The position numbers and the translations under genes were made by a program. Below the pieces are notes generated by a model, which was not told the DNA's origin, did no database searches, and worked only from the letters and a program-made list of their open reading frames with translations. Below, one piece after another: positions 1 through 8,484 of a stretch of 17,421 nucleotides of DNA (position 1 is its first letter; each line of letters begins with the position of its first letter). The DNA comes from Nanohaloarchaea archaeon B1-Br10_U2g1 (GTDB lineage: Archaea; Nanohalarchaeota; Nanosalinia; Nanosalinales; Nanosalinaceae), in contig LKMN01000016.1 in assembly GCA_001563875.1 (NCBI GenBank), forward strand, positions 1-17,421. The letters run 5' to 3'.

Positions 1-99
1 CTGTAGAACAGGTATTGTTCGGTTGGACCCGAACAAAAACACTGGTAGAACGTTCATACTAACCAAAAACAACGGTTGCGGTTGAGTATCTGTGTTTCT

Positions 100-360
100 C
101 TATGTTCTTGGTAGCTCGTACTCTTCCAGAAGCTGTTCGGCATCGGGACCTGCGTAGATAGAGGTGTCTCTGTCGCCCGATATATGGACTACAGGGTACT
201 GCCTATCTATATCCATGCCTTTCTCCCGTTCCAGGTAGTCGACATGCTGTTCGTAGACATCGTCATCCGGCTCCAGACGGAATACGTCGTATTCCGGCTC
301 TTCCTCTACCTCTATCTCTACTCCTTTCTCCTTGTTGAAGTACGGTAACTTGTCAAACAT
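100..360 (-). CDS. hypothetical small acidic protein (86 aa)
   Basis: Complete ORF with ATG start. TATA-like TTTAAA (384-391) lies about 27 nt upstream of the ATG on the minus strand, and oligo-T tracts follow the stop. Very D/E-rich; I recognise no conserved motif. Confidence 0.5.
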   Translation of the reverse strand: MFDKLPYFNKEKGVEIEVEEEPEYDVFRLEPDDDVYEQHVDYLEREKGMDIDRQYPVVHISGDRDTSIYAGPDAEQLLEEYELPRT

Positions 361-534
361 AACACAGTAAGAAGATGGTTTTCATTTAAACGTTTACTTT
401 TACTTCTCCATATATTTGACAGTTAAAACAGCTATAAACAGTTTCCAAGACATAACAAAGATTAAAAAACTTGTAAAACTATTCAAACAGTATAATTATC
501 TTTAAAACAGTTTTGTAACTATTCTAATAGTTGT
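361..534. repeat. A/T-rich intergenic region with short direct repeats (AAAACAG x4; TTGTAA(AA)CTATTC x2) and multiple oligo-T tracts
   Basis: AAACAG occurs at 426, 437, 485 and 505. TTGTAAAACTATTC is at 471-484 and TTGTAACTATTC at 512-523. The region contains the TATA for the 100-360 gene and T-tract terminators for the 535-1107 gene. Confidence 0.3.
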
Positions 535-1107
535 TTACCAGTCCCGGAAATCTCTTTCAAAATCTTCTCTGACCTCCTCAGAGCCGTCCGGATCCATATA
601 AACCAAGCCGTAATGGTGCGAGTAATGGCTGGGAGAAAAGTTGAACAACGTTATAACTCCGTAGAAGATGTCTAGCTCGGAAAGACTTTCACTTGTTGAG
701 ACCGTTGTAAGCCCGTCACACGCCTCTTCCTCATACACAAGTAGCTCATGCTGCTCACGTAGATACTCCATACTGTCAAAATCTTCGGACATACCGGAAC
801 CGTCCAACACCTCCACAAAAGGAAGTTCGCCCTCTCTTATAGATCCTGACATACCTCTAAGCTGTTCTTCAAGCTCCTGCTCCGAACCGTAAAACTCTTC
901 TTCGTACTTGTTGTTCAAAGCCTTTCTAAGATAGTGAAGCTTTTTAAACCGTTTAAGCTCACTGAAAGACTCCTCGATACCGTTCTCAGATCTGAAACCG
1001 TTGTAAAGAGGTTCAAGAAAATGATCTAGTAAGGGCTCTATATCCTCAAGCCTGTCCTCATATCTCTGTATACGGTCCTCATAACGTAGCTCTGTAAAAT
1101 CTCTCAT
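535..1107 (-). CDS. hypothetical acidic protein (190 aa)
   Basis: Complete ORF with TAA stop, followed on the minus strand by several T5-6 tracts inside 361-534. No recognisable domain. Confidence 0.5.
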   Translation of the reverse strand: MRDFTELRYEDRIQRYEDRLEDIEPLLDHFLEPLYNGFRSENGIEESFSELKRFKKLHYLRKALNNKYEEEFYGSEQELEEQLRGMSGSIREGELPFVEVLDGSGMSEDFDSMEYLREQHELLVYEEEACDGLTTVSTSESLSELDIFYGVITLFNFSPSHYSHHYGLVYMDPDGSEEVREDFERDFRDW

Positions 1108-1170
1108 GGTTTCAGCATCTAATACCTTTGTTAGAAAAACTGTTTAAAACCGATCTGTAGAAATCAAAAG

Positions 1171-1197
1171 AAAAAAAGAAGTAGACTTTTCTACTTC
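1171..1197 (-). terminator. hairpin GAAGTAGA-cttt-TCTACTTC followed by T7 on the minus strand
   Basis: A perfect 8-bp inverted repeat (1178-1185 / 1190-1197) overlaps the TAG stop of the 1191-1589 gene. Reading the minus strand, a TTTTTTT run (plus-strand A7 at 1171-1177) comes immediately after it. Confidence 0.5.
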
Positions 1198-1589
1198 TCG
1201 ATCCTTGGTGTAGGGATCGGAGGTAGAAGCCCTAAGGTATCAGCGACTCCAACGCTTTGAGAGATACACTTCCTGTAAAGATCGTTCATCAAAGGCACTC
1301 GGACATCATCAGGAAGACTTTCATCTTCTTCCCAAGCATCCACAAGCTCTTCAGTATCTCCGTTCCAGAGAACGTTTCCTTCCATCTCTATAGATGCACC
1401 GGTCTTATCTCCGACGTTGTAGTTGACAGCGAAACCGAAGTTTATACGCGCAACCTGTTCATCGAAACCTCTAACATCAGCGGCCTCAACAGATTTTATC
1501 TCAGGCGAGTAGTTCACCTGAAGACTTCCTTTAGGTACGCCTTTCTTCTTTTCAGCGTTCAAAGAGTCTACATTAAATCCTACTATCAT
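1191..1589 (-). CDS. hypothetical protein (132 aa)
   Basis: Complete ORF. TATA-like TTAAAGAA (1613-1620) lies about 29 nt upstream on the minus strand. A terminator hairpin overlaps the TAG stop. No recognisable family. Confidence 0.5.
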   Translation of the reverse strand: MIVGFNVDSLNAEKKKGVPKGSLQVNYSPEIKSVEAADVRGFDEQVARINFGFAVNYNVGDKTGASIEMEGNVLWNGDTEELVDAWEEDESLPDDVRVPLMNDLYRKCISQSVGVADTLGLLPPIPTPRIEK

Positions 1590-1675
1590 AAAACAAGGAA
1601 TGGTACAAAAGATTCTTTAACGGTTACGGAAAAAAAGACGATCCTTTTTAACATTTCAGAGACAAACCCATAGGT

Positions 1676-2185
1676 ATGCCAACACCAAAACAGTTAGGAG
1701 TACTGGCCGTAGGACTCTTCACATCCGCAGGATTCTTCCTAGGAGGAATCTCATCATTCTCAGGAATGGTGGATACACAGCCGGCTCAGCCCGACAACCA
1801 AGCACCTGAAGCCGGAGAGCTACCCGGAGAAAACTTCAACCCGGACGGCTACAACATGGATGCTGAACAGATGTTTATGATAGCGGTCGAGAACGATGTA
1901 GTCTTCGTCAACGGTCTATACGAATCCGATGAACAGAGAACTGAACTAGAAGAAACATTTGAAGATATGCCGGAGACATTCGGTAACCGTGTATACGTCG
2001 GACTTGAAAACAACGAGTCAGCACTTGCAACAAACTACGGTGTAACAGACTATCCTTCAGCACTTGTAATAGGAGGAAACCAGCAAGCAGTACCACAGCC
2101 AATAGAAGCGGATGAAGAAACCGTAAGAGGACAGGTATGTGACTCATTCAGAGAGCTTGGAGCTGAAATAGCGGCTCAATGCTAA
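1676..2185 (+). CDS. membrane-anchored thioredoxin-fold-like protein lacking the CxxC motif
   Basis: N-terminal hydrophobic helix (LGVLAVGLFTSAGFFLGG). The downstream segment VVFVNG...NRVYVGLENN...YGVTDYPSALVIGG resembles the thioredoxin fold (cis-Pro loop) but has no CxxC. TATA TTTTTAAC (1645-1652) lies 24-31 nt upstream of the ATG. Confidence 0.45.
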   Translation: MPTPKQLGVLAVGLFTSAGFFLGGISSFSGMVDTQPAQPDNQAPEAGELPGENFNPDGYNMDAEQMFMIAVENDVVFVNGLYESDEQRTELEETFEDMPETFGNRVYVGLENNESALATNYGVTDYPSALVIGGNQQAVPQPIEADEETVRGQVCDSFRELGAEIAAQC

Positions 2186-2193
2186 TAGAACAC

Positions 2194-2203
2194 TTTTTAT
2201 TCA
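2194..2203 (+). terminator. oligo-T tract (CTTTTTATT) after the 1676-2185 gene, doubling as the TATA-like box for the 2225 gene
   Basis: T5 run 9 nt after the TAA stop. The same A/T element is about 24-31 nt upstream of the GTG at 2225. Confidence 0.4.
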
Positions 2204-2224
2204 AATCTTCTTCTTAACATAAAT

Positions 2225-2908
2225 GTGTCGAACGAAAAACTGGAGATCTGGGTCAAACAGAAACTGGACCAAGGAATAGAGCCTGAAAGGGTTAGAAAGG
2301 TTCTTAGAGAGACAGGTAGAGATCCCGGTGTAGTCGACCAGGTACTGAACCCGTTCGAGACAGAGAAGAAAAAAGTTGAAGAACAAGGGAAAAAAGATTC
2401 AGAGAAAAACTCCAAACAGGAAGAGAAGAACAAAAAGAAGAAGTCCCGGATAAAATCTCTGAAGAAAAAAGTAAGGAAGCCTGAGATATCCCGGCCAAGT
2501 ATCCCGGCACCTGAGATATCGAAAAAGGATATACCAAGGCCTGACATACCGATAAAACCTTTAGCCGGCATCCTAATGTTGTTGATCGCTACAGGTGTTT
2601 TCACAGCGGCCGATATAAGTATAGAAAATCCTTTCACCACCCACTGGGATGAGCCCAGAGACTGTGACGAAATAGAGTCAAGCGTACTTATAGCAGATGT
2701 AGAAGCTACAGAAGACGGTGTTACAGCGGAAACAATAGTTACTCGTACGGCTGAAGACGTCGTACTTGAAATATTCGATGAAGGTGAAAGAACAGGTTAC
2801 ACTCTCGAAAGCTTTGAAGGAAGAAAAGAGATAGAGGTAGACGCCTCTGGAGATACAGCTGTATTCCGTCCTACCGGATGCGACAACAGGGCTGTAGCCG
2901 ATATCTAG
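2225..2908 (+). CDS. single-pass membrane protein with a Lys-rich linker and Pro-rich decapeptide repeats
   Basis: GTG start; the adjacent ATG at 2223 is out of frame and opens only a 19-codon ORF. Layout: N-terminal globular segment, KKKK/EEK low-complexity linker, three ~10-aa repeats of the form PEIS(R/K)xxIPx, one TM helix (LAGILMLLIATGVFTAADI), then an acidic C-terminal domain. Confidence 0.5.
   Translation: MSNEKLEIWVKQKLDQGIEPERVRKVLRETGRDPGVVDQVLNPFETEKKKVEEQGKKDSEKNSKQEEKNKKKKSRIKSLKKKVRKPEISRPSIPAPEISKKDIPRPDIPIKPLAGILMLLIATGVFTAADISIENPFTTHWDEPRDCDEIESSVLIADVEATEDGVTAETIVTRTAEDVVLEIFDEGERTGYTLESFEGRKEIEVDASGDTAVFRPTGCDNRAVADI
2481..2560 (+). repeat. about 30-nt imperfect tandem repeat (CCTGAGATATC...) x3 inside the CDS
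   Basis: cctgagatatcccggcc / cctgagatatcg / cctgacataccg recur with a ~29-30 nt period and encode PEISRPSIPA / PEISKKDIPR / PDIPIKPLAG. Confidence 0.4.
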
Positions 2909-5664
2909 ATATCGAACGTTTTAGCAAAGTTATTATCTCCCTGAACGTTTGAAGAGTACTTCTCCAGATTTTCATCCGCATCAAACTCTTCATGGTAAGA
3001 AGCTGATACCGCGCCTTTCAGACCTTTCAGTGTTACGGAGGCCTGGTAATCCTTAGCAAGCTTTCTAGACACCTGTATCAGTAAACCGATGTTCTCTGTA
3101 GGCACCTCCTCTTCTATCACCCGGTCAGTCATCCTCTCACCGATCTCGGTCTCTATATCGTTTTCAAGTCCTTCGAGAACCTTCTCCCGGTTTTTACGTG
3201 TCTCAAAGATACTTCTCGACTTTTCAACAACGGTTTCGCCCTCGACTCTAGGCATCTCAACATCCTGATCCATATAATCGGACAGACGTAAGATCTTCTG
3301 TCTCAGAAGATCAAGATCCTCACGGAAGCTTTCGACAGTTCTTTCAAGCTGTTCAGCCTCCACAGAGAAGATATCCACAAGTTTTCTCTGAGCCTTTCTA
3401 TGGTTGTCAGGGCTTTCTACACCAAGCATATCTGAAACGGTTTCAACACGTTCCCTGATACCTTCAATATAGTCGAAAGCAGCGTCACCGGCCTTGTACT
3501 CCAGACGGATAACACCGTCCTGAACCTTCCTAGACCCGGTAAACACGAACTCTTCCACCTCTGAGCTTGCGGAGACATGTGTACCTCCACAAGCCTCGAT
3601 ATCAAAGCCGTCAACCTCAACTATACGTACCTCGTCACCTGGAGGAGCACCTCCCTGGTAGATTCGGAAACCGAAACGTCTCTCCGCCTCAGACTTCGAA
3701 AGAACGGTTTTTGAAACATCTATATCGTCTAATACAACTTTCCGTATATCCTGTTCCAGACGGTCAAGCGTATCCCTGTCAATATTCTCGTAATGCGTTA
3801 CGTCAAGACGTGCCTTCTCTTCGGTCTTCTTGGATCCGGCCTGCCATATATGGTTACCGAAGAACTGTTTGACCGCTCCATTAACTATATGTGTGGCGGT
3901 ATGGTTCTGCATCAGCTGGTAACGTCTCTCCCAGTCAACTACTGCGTCAACAGCCGTACCTTTCTCGAAAGAGTGTCCTGGAACCTTGTGAAGTACTATA
4001 TCGCCCTGTTTCTGGACATCGGTAACCTTCTCACCGTTTATTATACCTGTATCGTTTACTTGGCCTCCTCCTTCAGGATAGAAGACTGTACGGTCGAGTG
4101 CAACCCAGTCGTCAACCGTCTCAACCACTACAGCAGACATCTCTTTCTCTCTTTCATCCTCGTAGTAAAGCAGTTCGGTGCCGGGAACGCCGTCCAGATC
4201 AAAACGGTCGACAGCCTCCTCAACAACTTCGTCCTCCGAAGTGACGTGAGCGTAAAAGTCTTCAGGAACCTTGAAACCGGCTTCCTCCATCATCTCCGGT
4301 GAAACACCATGGCTCTCGTACAGTTCAACCATGTCATCGACCGAAGGCTGTTCATCCCAGCTCTCAAGCTGTTTCAAAGCGTTTCTACGGGCTTTCTCAT
4401 ACTTCTCGGCTTCGACATCCAGTATCTTCTTGACCTCCGGAAGCTTTTTCTCTAGCTCAGGGAAGATAGGTTTCAGCTCCTCAGCATGCCACTCCACAAC
4501 ATCACCGAGCTCTATACTCCAGTCATAACGTTCTATAAAGTCTTTAGCCCTTCTATAAACCAGTCGAAGGTTGTGTCCGCCCCCGGTGTTCGAAGGAAGC
4601 TTTCCATCCGCTAAAGCAAACAGAAGCGCCCGAGTGTGCTCTGCAACACTGTAAAGACCTGCAGCAGGCTTAATCTCATCTTTTAAATCCTTGGTATCTA
4701 TACCGATCTCTGAGCTTATCTCATCCCATTTAGCATCTATATCCTCTACCTCATCAACGTTCAACTCTCCGGAGTAAGGCAGAAACTGTTCCCATATATC
4801 TTGATCGGTCTCTAAACCGATCTCTTCCTTCATATTCTCAAGTACGCTAGGCATTACACATTCGTAGCTCGTCTCTGTACCCTGTGAAATCCAGGCAATT
4901 CTTTCATGTCCCATACCCATATCCAGAACACTTAGATCAAGCTCCTTGTACCCGTCCGAGGTAACCTCGTAAAACATGTATACCTGGTTCCAAAGCTCAA
5001 GACCGTCAACGAAGAACTCCATACAGGCACCTAGGTTTCCTCCTCCGCCCCAGGCATCCTCATGAAGAACAAGATCTTCTTTAGGTATACCAAGGACGTC
5101 TACAGCGAAATCAAACATATCCTTGAAGTAACGGTCCTGATCATACTCTTCTCTCGGTCTGAACGCTAACTGCCCTATCATAACAAAGTTGGTGTAATGT
5201 CTACCGGTGATACCTACGTTGTCAACGTCGTTGAAACGAAGACTTGGCTGAGGGATCACAAGCTCTTTGGCGGGCGGCTCTGCCTCACCTGAAACAACGT
5301 AAGGCTGGAAGCAGTAGATTGAAGCTCCTGTAAACTCTACATCATCTCTCCAACGAGCCACAACAGGGTAACGGTCTATAGAGCTGTAACCTCGGTCCTC
5401 CATATGGTCTCTGAACGCGTTCCAGGCCTCTGTATACGAAAAACTTTCGGAAGTAGGTGAATCATTGATAAAGGTGTAGCCGTCACCACATTCAGGTTCT
5501 CCACAGACATCTCTCTCATTAAAACTCCAGAAATAGACTCCGCAATTACTGCAACGACTTCTATTGAATCCTTCATCCCTTAGTACATCAGTTGCAAAGA
5601 ATTTGTCGGGATTGTCTGAGGCTTCTTCTTTAATCTGTTTTTTCAGCTCGTCGAGCGTAGGCAT
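2905..5664 (-). CDS. alaS: alanyl-tRNA synthetase
   Basis: Archaeal AlaRS N-terminal zinc motif (RCSNCGVYFWSF...CGEPECGDGYTF), HxxxH editing motifs, and a size of about 920 aa. The ORF track starts at a GTG at 5697, but that codon lies inside the A/T TATA-like box. The ATG at 5662-5664 (MPTLDELKK, matching the archaeal AlaRS N-terminus) sits about 30 nt downstream of ATAAAAAAA and is the likelier start. Confidence 0.93.
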   Translation of the reverse strand: MPTLDELKKQIKEEASDNPDKFFATDVLRDEGFNRSRCSNCGVYFWSFNERDVCGEPECGDGYTFINDSPTSESFSYTEAWNAFRDHMEDRGYSSIDRYPVVARWRDDVEFTGASIYCFQPYVVSGEAEPPAKELVIPQPSLRFNDVDNVGITGRHYTNFVMIGQLAFRPREEYDQDRYFKDMFDFAVDVLGIPKEDLVLHEDAWGGGGNLGACMEFFVDGLELWNQVYMFYEVTSDGYKELDLSVLDMGMGHERIAWISQGTETSYECVMPSVLENMKEEIGLETDQDIWEQFLPYSGELNVDEVEDIDAKWDEISSEIGIDTKDLKDEIKPAAGLYSVAEHTRALLFALADGKLPSNTGGGHNLRLVYRRAKDFIERYDWSIELGDVVEWHAEELKPIFPELEKKLPEVKKILDVEAEKYEKARRNALKQLESWDEQPSVDDMVELYESHGVSPEMMEEAGFKVPEDFYAHVTSEDEVVEEAVDRFDLDGVPGTELLYYEDEREKEMSAVVVETVDDWVALDRTVFYPEGGGQVNDTGIINGEKVTDVQKQGDIVLHKVPGHSFEKGTAVDAVVDWERRYQLMQNHTATHIVNGAVKQFFGNHIWQAGSKKTEEKARLDVTHYENIDRDTLDRLEQDIRKVVLDDIDVSKTVLSKSEAERRFGFRIYQGGAPPGDEVRIVEVDGFDIEACGGTHVSASSEVEEFVFTGSRKVQDGVIRLEYKAGDAAFDYIEGIRERVETVSDMLGVESPDNHRKAQRKLVDIFSVEAEQLERTVESFREDLDLLRQKILRLSDYMDQDVEMPRVEGETVVEKSRSIFETRKNREKVLEGLENDIETEIGERMTDRVIEEEVPTENIGLLIQVSRKLAKDYQASVTLKGLKGAVSASYHEEFDADENLEKYSSNVQGDNNFAKTFDI

Positions 5665-5685
5665 ACAGAAACCTGTAGTCGAGAA

Positions 5686-5694
5686 TTTTTTTAT
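5686..5694 (-). promoter_or_regulatory. TATA-like box (minus strand ATAAAAAAA) for leaderless alaS
   Basis: A/T box centred about 26-27 nt upstream of the ATG at 5664. This is typical archaeal leaderless geometry. Confidence 0.45.
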
Positions 5695-5763
5695 CACATA
5701 CCCCTACTACATTTATCACTGGCCAGCTCTCTCAAGCACTATACTTCCAATCCCAGAAGATTT

Positions 5764-6741
5764 TCACTCTCCTTTCAGCTTGTCCGTAGCATCCTTGATC
5801 TTGTCGGATATATCTAGGTCAAGTTCTTCGGCTTCCTCGTAATCTTGGTCTTTCAGAGGTGTTATGCCCCCGACTTCCGATAATACCGTTGTCAGATCTT
5901 TCTCCGTATCCACTATATACTTTGAACCGTTACGTAGAGAGTTCTGAACTGTTTCAAGTTTCTTGTGTTCTTGGGCTTCTCCTTTGAAATGCTGTCTTAA
6001 GGCTGTGTTAACAAGCTGTATCTCATTTGCCTCTGCTGTAGCCCGTAGCTCGATAGCTTTAGCGTCTCCCTCTGCTTCAAGTACTGCAGCCTTTTTCTTA
6101 CCTTCAGCCTCTTCAATAGCAGCTTTCTTGTTTCCACGCGCCTCTATCTCTGTGGCTTTAGCATCGTCCTGTGCCGCGTCTTTACGGTTCTCTGCTTTAA
6201 GTATCTCGTTCATTGACTCCTGGACATCGCTAGGAGGAGTTATCTCCTTCATCTCTACACGTACAACATCGATTCCCCAGGCATCCGTATCCTCTTCAAG
6301 CTCGCTGTGAAGCTTCTTGTTGATCTTCTGTCTCTCCGAGTTAACCTCTTCGAACTGTTTTGTACCTATAACGTTTCTGGCAGTGGTCTGCGCTAGACGC
6401 GTAATCTGTTTCTCGTAGTCGTCAACGTTGTAGAAACTTTTCTTCACATCGTCTTCGTTCGGCCTCACCTGGTAGTAGACATCGAGATCAACGTTAGCGT
6501 TCAGGTTTTCTCTTGTGATCATGTCGCTTGGCTGAACGTTCTTCATCTGTTCTGTAATATTTCTCTTGTAGATCTTATCCATCCAAGGCACTAGAAAATG
6601 TATCCCTGGTTCACAGTAACGGTGGTACTCTCCGAACCGTTCGACAACAGCTCTCTGATCAGGTCTAACAATTTTGAAAGTAGAGAACATCACGGCTGCG
6701 AAAGCCAGTACACCGACTATAATTACCCAGGTAGCTACCAT
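5764..6741 (-). CDS. SPFH/band-7 (stomatin/prohibitin-like) membrane protein
   Basis: N-terminal TM helix, the IVRPDQRAVVERFG motif typical of the band-7 core, and a C-terminal Ala/Glu/Lys coiled coil. TATA ATTATATT lies about 28 nt upstream. Confidence 0.88.
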   Translation of the reverse strand: MVATWVIIVGVLAFAAVMFSTFKIVRPDQRAVVERFGEYHRYCEPGIHFLVPWMDKIYKRNITEQMKNVQPSDMITRENLNANVDLDVYYQVRPNEDDVKKSFYNVDDYEKQITRLAQTTARNVIGTKQFEEVNSERQKINKKLHSELEEDTDAWGIDVVRVEMKEITPPSDVQESMNEILKAENRKDAAQDDAKATEIEARGNKKAAIEEAEGKKKAAVLEAEGDAKAIELRATAEANEIQLVNTALRQHFKGEAQEHKKLETVQNSLRNGSKYIVDTEKDLTTVLSEVGGITPLKDQDYEEAEELDLDISDKIKDATDKLKGE

Positions 6742-6791
6742 AAAACTATCTTAGATCTCAGAGAATATAATAGCACGGCCGATATCCGTCA

Positions 6792-7631
6792 CTACTCTAA
6801 ACCTATATCGGTCTCTTCACCGTAGCCGTAGAACTCAGTCTCGGAGTAAGCATCAGCTAAGCCGCTGAAACTTATCAGTCCTTCGTCATCATCTTCTATA
6901 TCTGAAGTAGAGCGGTAGGCAAGCTTCAAAGGTCTGTGGTTATCCTTATCGATCCAGAGATAGGTGCTGAACTCTACTATGTTCTCCTCATCCATCTCTT
7001 CCTCGGCCTCAGCCGTCTCGTTACCAGGACTGTCGGAGTGAAGGTTTAGAAGCTTCGAGAAATGTTCTGAGACATCGTCTGTCTCGGTATCTACAGACAG
7101 TACATATGCATCCGTCTCTCCAACCTTTTCAGCCCCTAAAAACTCGGCAGGCCTATCCTCTACGATACTGAAATCTACGAACGGGTTCTCATCAAAACCT
7201 GTCTCGAAAGTAGTTTCTGTATGTTCTCCTTCCGATACTGTCTCTACTAAGGTATCGTTCTCAGTTACATTTGTCTCGGCTTCAAAACCTGTAGAGTTTG
7301 ACAGTGTTAAAAGCCTGATATCGGTTTCTCCAGAGCTTCGTACCTCTGAAACCTTTTCCGAACGGTTGAAAACACCTTCAGAGTCTGAACCTATACCTAT
7401 ATCTATCCAGCTAGTTGTTACAAGCAGTTGGTTGGTTGAGTTCACTTTGAAGGTTTCAGCGCTGTTAAAACTTTCAATAGAGCTTTCCAGCAGCTCTTCA
7501 GCTGTCTTGTTCAGCTCGGTTTCTTCGGTATCAGGCTCTATATCATACTCAAGTCCTTCCGCCTGACCTAGACATCCTGCTGAAACCGTTACAAGCCCTA
7601 GTAAAACCGTTAGTAAGATTTTATTATCCAT
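6792..7631 (-). CDS. secreted acidic putative lipoprotein, function unknown
   Basis: Signal peptide MDNKILLTVLLGLVTV followed by the lipobox-like SAGC. The mature part is extremely D/E/T-rich. TATA TTAAAATA lies about 28 nt upstream. A LolA-like fold is only a weak guess. Confidence 0.55.
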   Translation of the reverse strand: MDNKILLTVLLGLVTVSAGCLGQAEGLEYDIEPDTEETELNKTAEELLESSIESFNSAETFKVNSTNQLLVTTSWIDIGIGSDSEGVFNRSEKVSEVRSSGETDIRLLTLSNSTGFEAETNVTENDTLVETVSEGEHTETTFETGFDENPFVDFSIVEDRPAEFLGAEKVGETDAYVLSVDTETDDVSEHFSKLLNLHSDSPGNETAEAEEEMDEENIVEFSTYLWIDKDNHRPLKLAYRSTSDIEDDDEGLISFSGLADAYSETEFYGYGEETDIGLE

Positions 7632-7716
7632 GAAAACAAGCTTCTTAACCCACTATTTTAACTATCCCGGTTTTTGTTCTACGGATTTCGAATAAAAATA
7701 AAGAGTAAAAGAGGTT

Positions 7717-8484
7717 TTAAGCCTCTGGAAGTCTCTGGTTGAACTCTACCAATGTGCTGTAGAACACTACAGTGGTTAGAGCACCTACCAGTGCAACTAA
7801 AGGACCTAGCACGAAGTTTACAGCGCTACCTCCGAATGCTGTTGAAACCGCGGAAACCGGTATCAGCACTACGTAAAGCAGTGCAACCGGTATAAGCGAG
7901 ATAAGCATTCTCAGCTTGTTGTCGTCTGATCTTTGAACGCTGTTGTCCAGAGATTCAAACAGTCTTGAATCGTTTACAACTATCTCTGGCAACGCATTGA
8001 TCAGTGCTGTAAACACGTACGCAACAACTCCCAGTGATGCAACTCCTAGTAATACTCCTAGAAGTCCTGTAAGCACAGCTATTGCTGTTGAACCTGCTGC
8101 AACACCCATCCCTGTAAATCCTAACGTTAGTGCTCCTGCTACTAAAGCAGGAATGAACGCAAGGGTCAGGAATACGGTGAACACAACGTTCACACCTACA
8201 AGTCTTAGGAAAGGCCAGATAATGTTCTCTGTAAACTGGGCTTTCTCAAGCTGCATCTCATCCAGGGCTCTGAAGGATCCGATCAGTAACAGGATTCCTG
8301 CTATACCGGCCACTATAGACACTAGTACTCCCAGGAAGGCTACTACGCCTCCTGCCTCGTAAGTATGTCCTGCGGCGATATTCAGTAGCTGTAGCACGAA
8401 AAATGCTGCTATCAGCTTCAATCCTATCTCTGACTTCGCCTTCTCAAATACCGACCCTAAAAGGTCGCTTATATCTAAAGCCAT
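7717..8484 (-). CDS. polytopic membrane protein (about 6 TM, Gly/Ala/Val-rich helices)
   Basis: Six hydrophobic segments and an amphipathic N-terminus. TATA ATTTTTAA (8509-8516) lies about 28 nt upstream of the ATG at 8484. T-rich tracts follow the stop. Confidence 0.55.
   Translation of the reverse strand: MALDISDLLGSVFEKAKSEIGLKLIAAFFVLQLLNIAAGHTYEAGGVVAFLGVLVSIVAGIAGILLLIGSFRALDEMQLEKAQFTENIIWPFLRLVGVNVVFTVFLTLAFIPALVAGALTLGFTGMGVAAGSTAIAVLTGLLGVLLGVASLGVVAYVFTALINALPEIVVNDSRLFESLDNSVQRSDDNKLRMLISLIPVALLYVVLIPVSAVSTAFGGSAVNFVLGPLVALVGALTTVVFYSTLVEFNQRLPEA

Noticed and set aside
15-36. Hairpin TTGTTCGG-ttggac-CCGAACAA as a mobile-element terminus or CRISPR-like repeat
   Set aside because: It is a single copy with no second repeat or transposase nearby. 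It is more simply part of the T-tract terminator region after the 100-360 gene.
1257-1673. 138-aa plus-strand ORF
   Set aside because: It is antisense to the 1191-1589 gene, which has the clean promoter, hairpin and T7 terminator signals. The plus ORF has no TATA context.
2197-2640. 147-aa, 77-aa and 61-aa minus-strand ORFs
   Set aside because: They are antisense to the 2225-2908 gene and are Phe/Ser-rich mirrors of its Lys/Glu codons.
3417-4528. Several 67-169 aa ORFs on both strands inside the alaS span
   Set aside because: They overlap a 920-aa AlaRS frame with continuous conserved motifs. They are shadow ORFs.
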